DNA of 64,000 nucleotides from Amphiura filiformis (Eukaryota): NCBI RefSeq assembly GCF_039555335.1, contig NC_092646.1, positions 36,859,911 to 36,923,910 of the forward strand, read 5' to 3'. Shown piece by piece: positions 63,814 to 64,000 of this stretch (position 1 is its first letter; each line of letters starts with the position of its first letter). The notes under the pieces were generated by a model. It saw only the letters and a program-made list of their open reading frames with translations, ran no database searches and was not told where the DNA came from. The position numbers and the translations under genes were made by a program.

Positions 63814-64000
63814 CTTTGGGGAAAATAAAACAAAAGAACAGTCAGTTTGATTTCATTAAAAAAAAGTAAGGTTTTTTATTTCAAACTCTAATGGTGACCC
63901 GCAGGTCAAATTGCTAGAATTTACATTAAACACACCTAAACAGAAAGCAATTTGAAGGCAGCAGCTTAATCAGCGCCAATATTGCAACATCGAAACATAC

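Noticed and set aside
1-64000. Prokaryotic/phage defence-system interpretation (operons, CRISPR, toxin-antitoxin)
   Set aside because: Sequence shows GT-AG introns with phase conservation, LINE/SINE/MITE content, telomeric TTAGGG tract and no operon-like gene packing. Clearly eukaryotic nuclear DNA.

Overview
This is eukaryotic (metazoan-type) genomic DNA. It is AT-rich, very repeat-dense, has spliceosomal introns with canonical GT..AG signals, and carries several non-LTR retrotransposon (LINE) fragments, tRNA-derived SINEs, many foldback/MITE families, satellites and an interstitial TTAGGG-type telomeric tract. It is not prokaryotic. Coordinates are derived by hand from the printed sequence, so treat exon ends as +/- a few nt. 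Note that many 'M' starts in the ORF track are TTG/GTG, not ATG.

Coding content I can support:
1. Two tandem paralogous genes on the + strand (approx 289-2506 and 10488-14279). Each has two phase 1-1 exons encoding thrombospondin type-1 (TSP1) repeats, followed by a terminal exon encoding a Hedgehog-type Hint ('Hog') domain. The TSP1 plus Hint architecture is one I do not recognise as described.
2. Between them, a single-exon ORF (7654-8292, + strand) with a clear AID/APOBEC-like zinc-deaminase signature (H-x-E ... 29 aa ... P-C-x-x-C-A-x-x-L, then L-I-N-F-H-V-G-Y).
3. Minus-strand exons encoding a SNAP-25-like Qc-SNARE motif (41167-41326) and a VAMP-like R-SNARE motif (32720-32965).
4. A large minus-strand exon (51804-53021) encoding a proline-rich protein with eleven 33-nt coding repeats. 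It carries an apparent 1-nt frameshift and an internal ribosomal P-stalk-tail-like motif (DDDMGFGLFDDDDD).
5. A phase-consistent 5-exon gene fragment on the minus strand (59448-63813), product unknown.

The most interesting region is 1-15 kb: the TSP1-Hint tandem pair flanking the AID/APOBEC-like deaminase.
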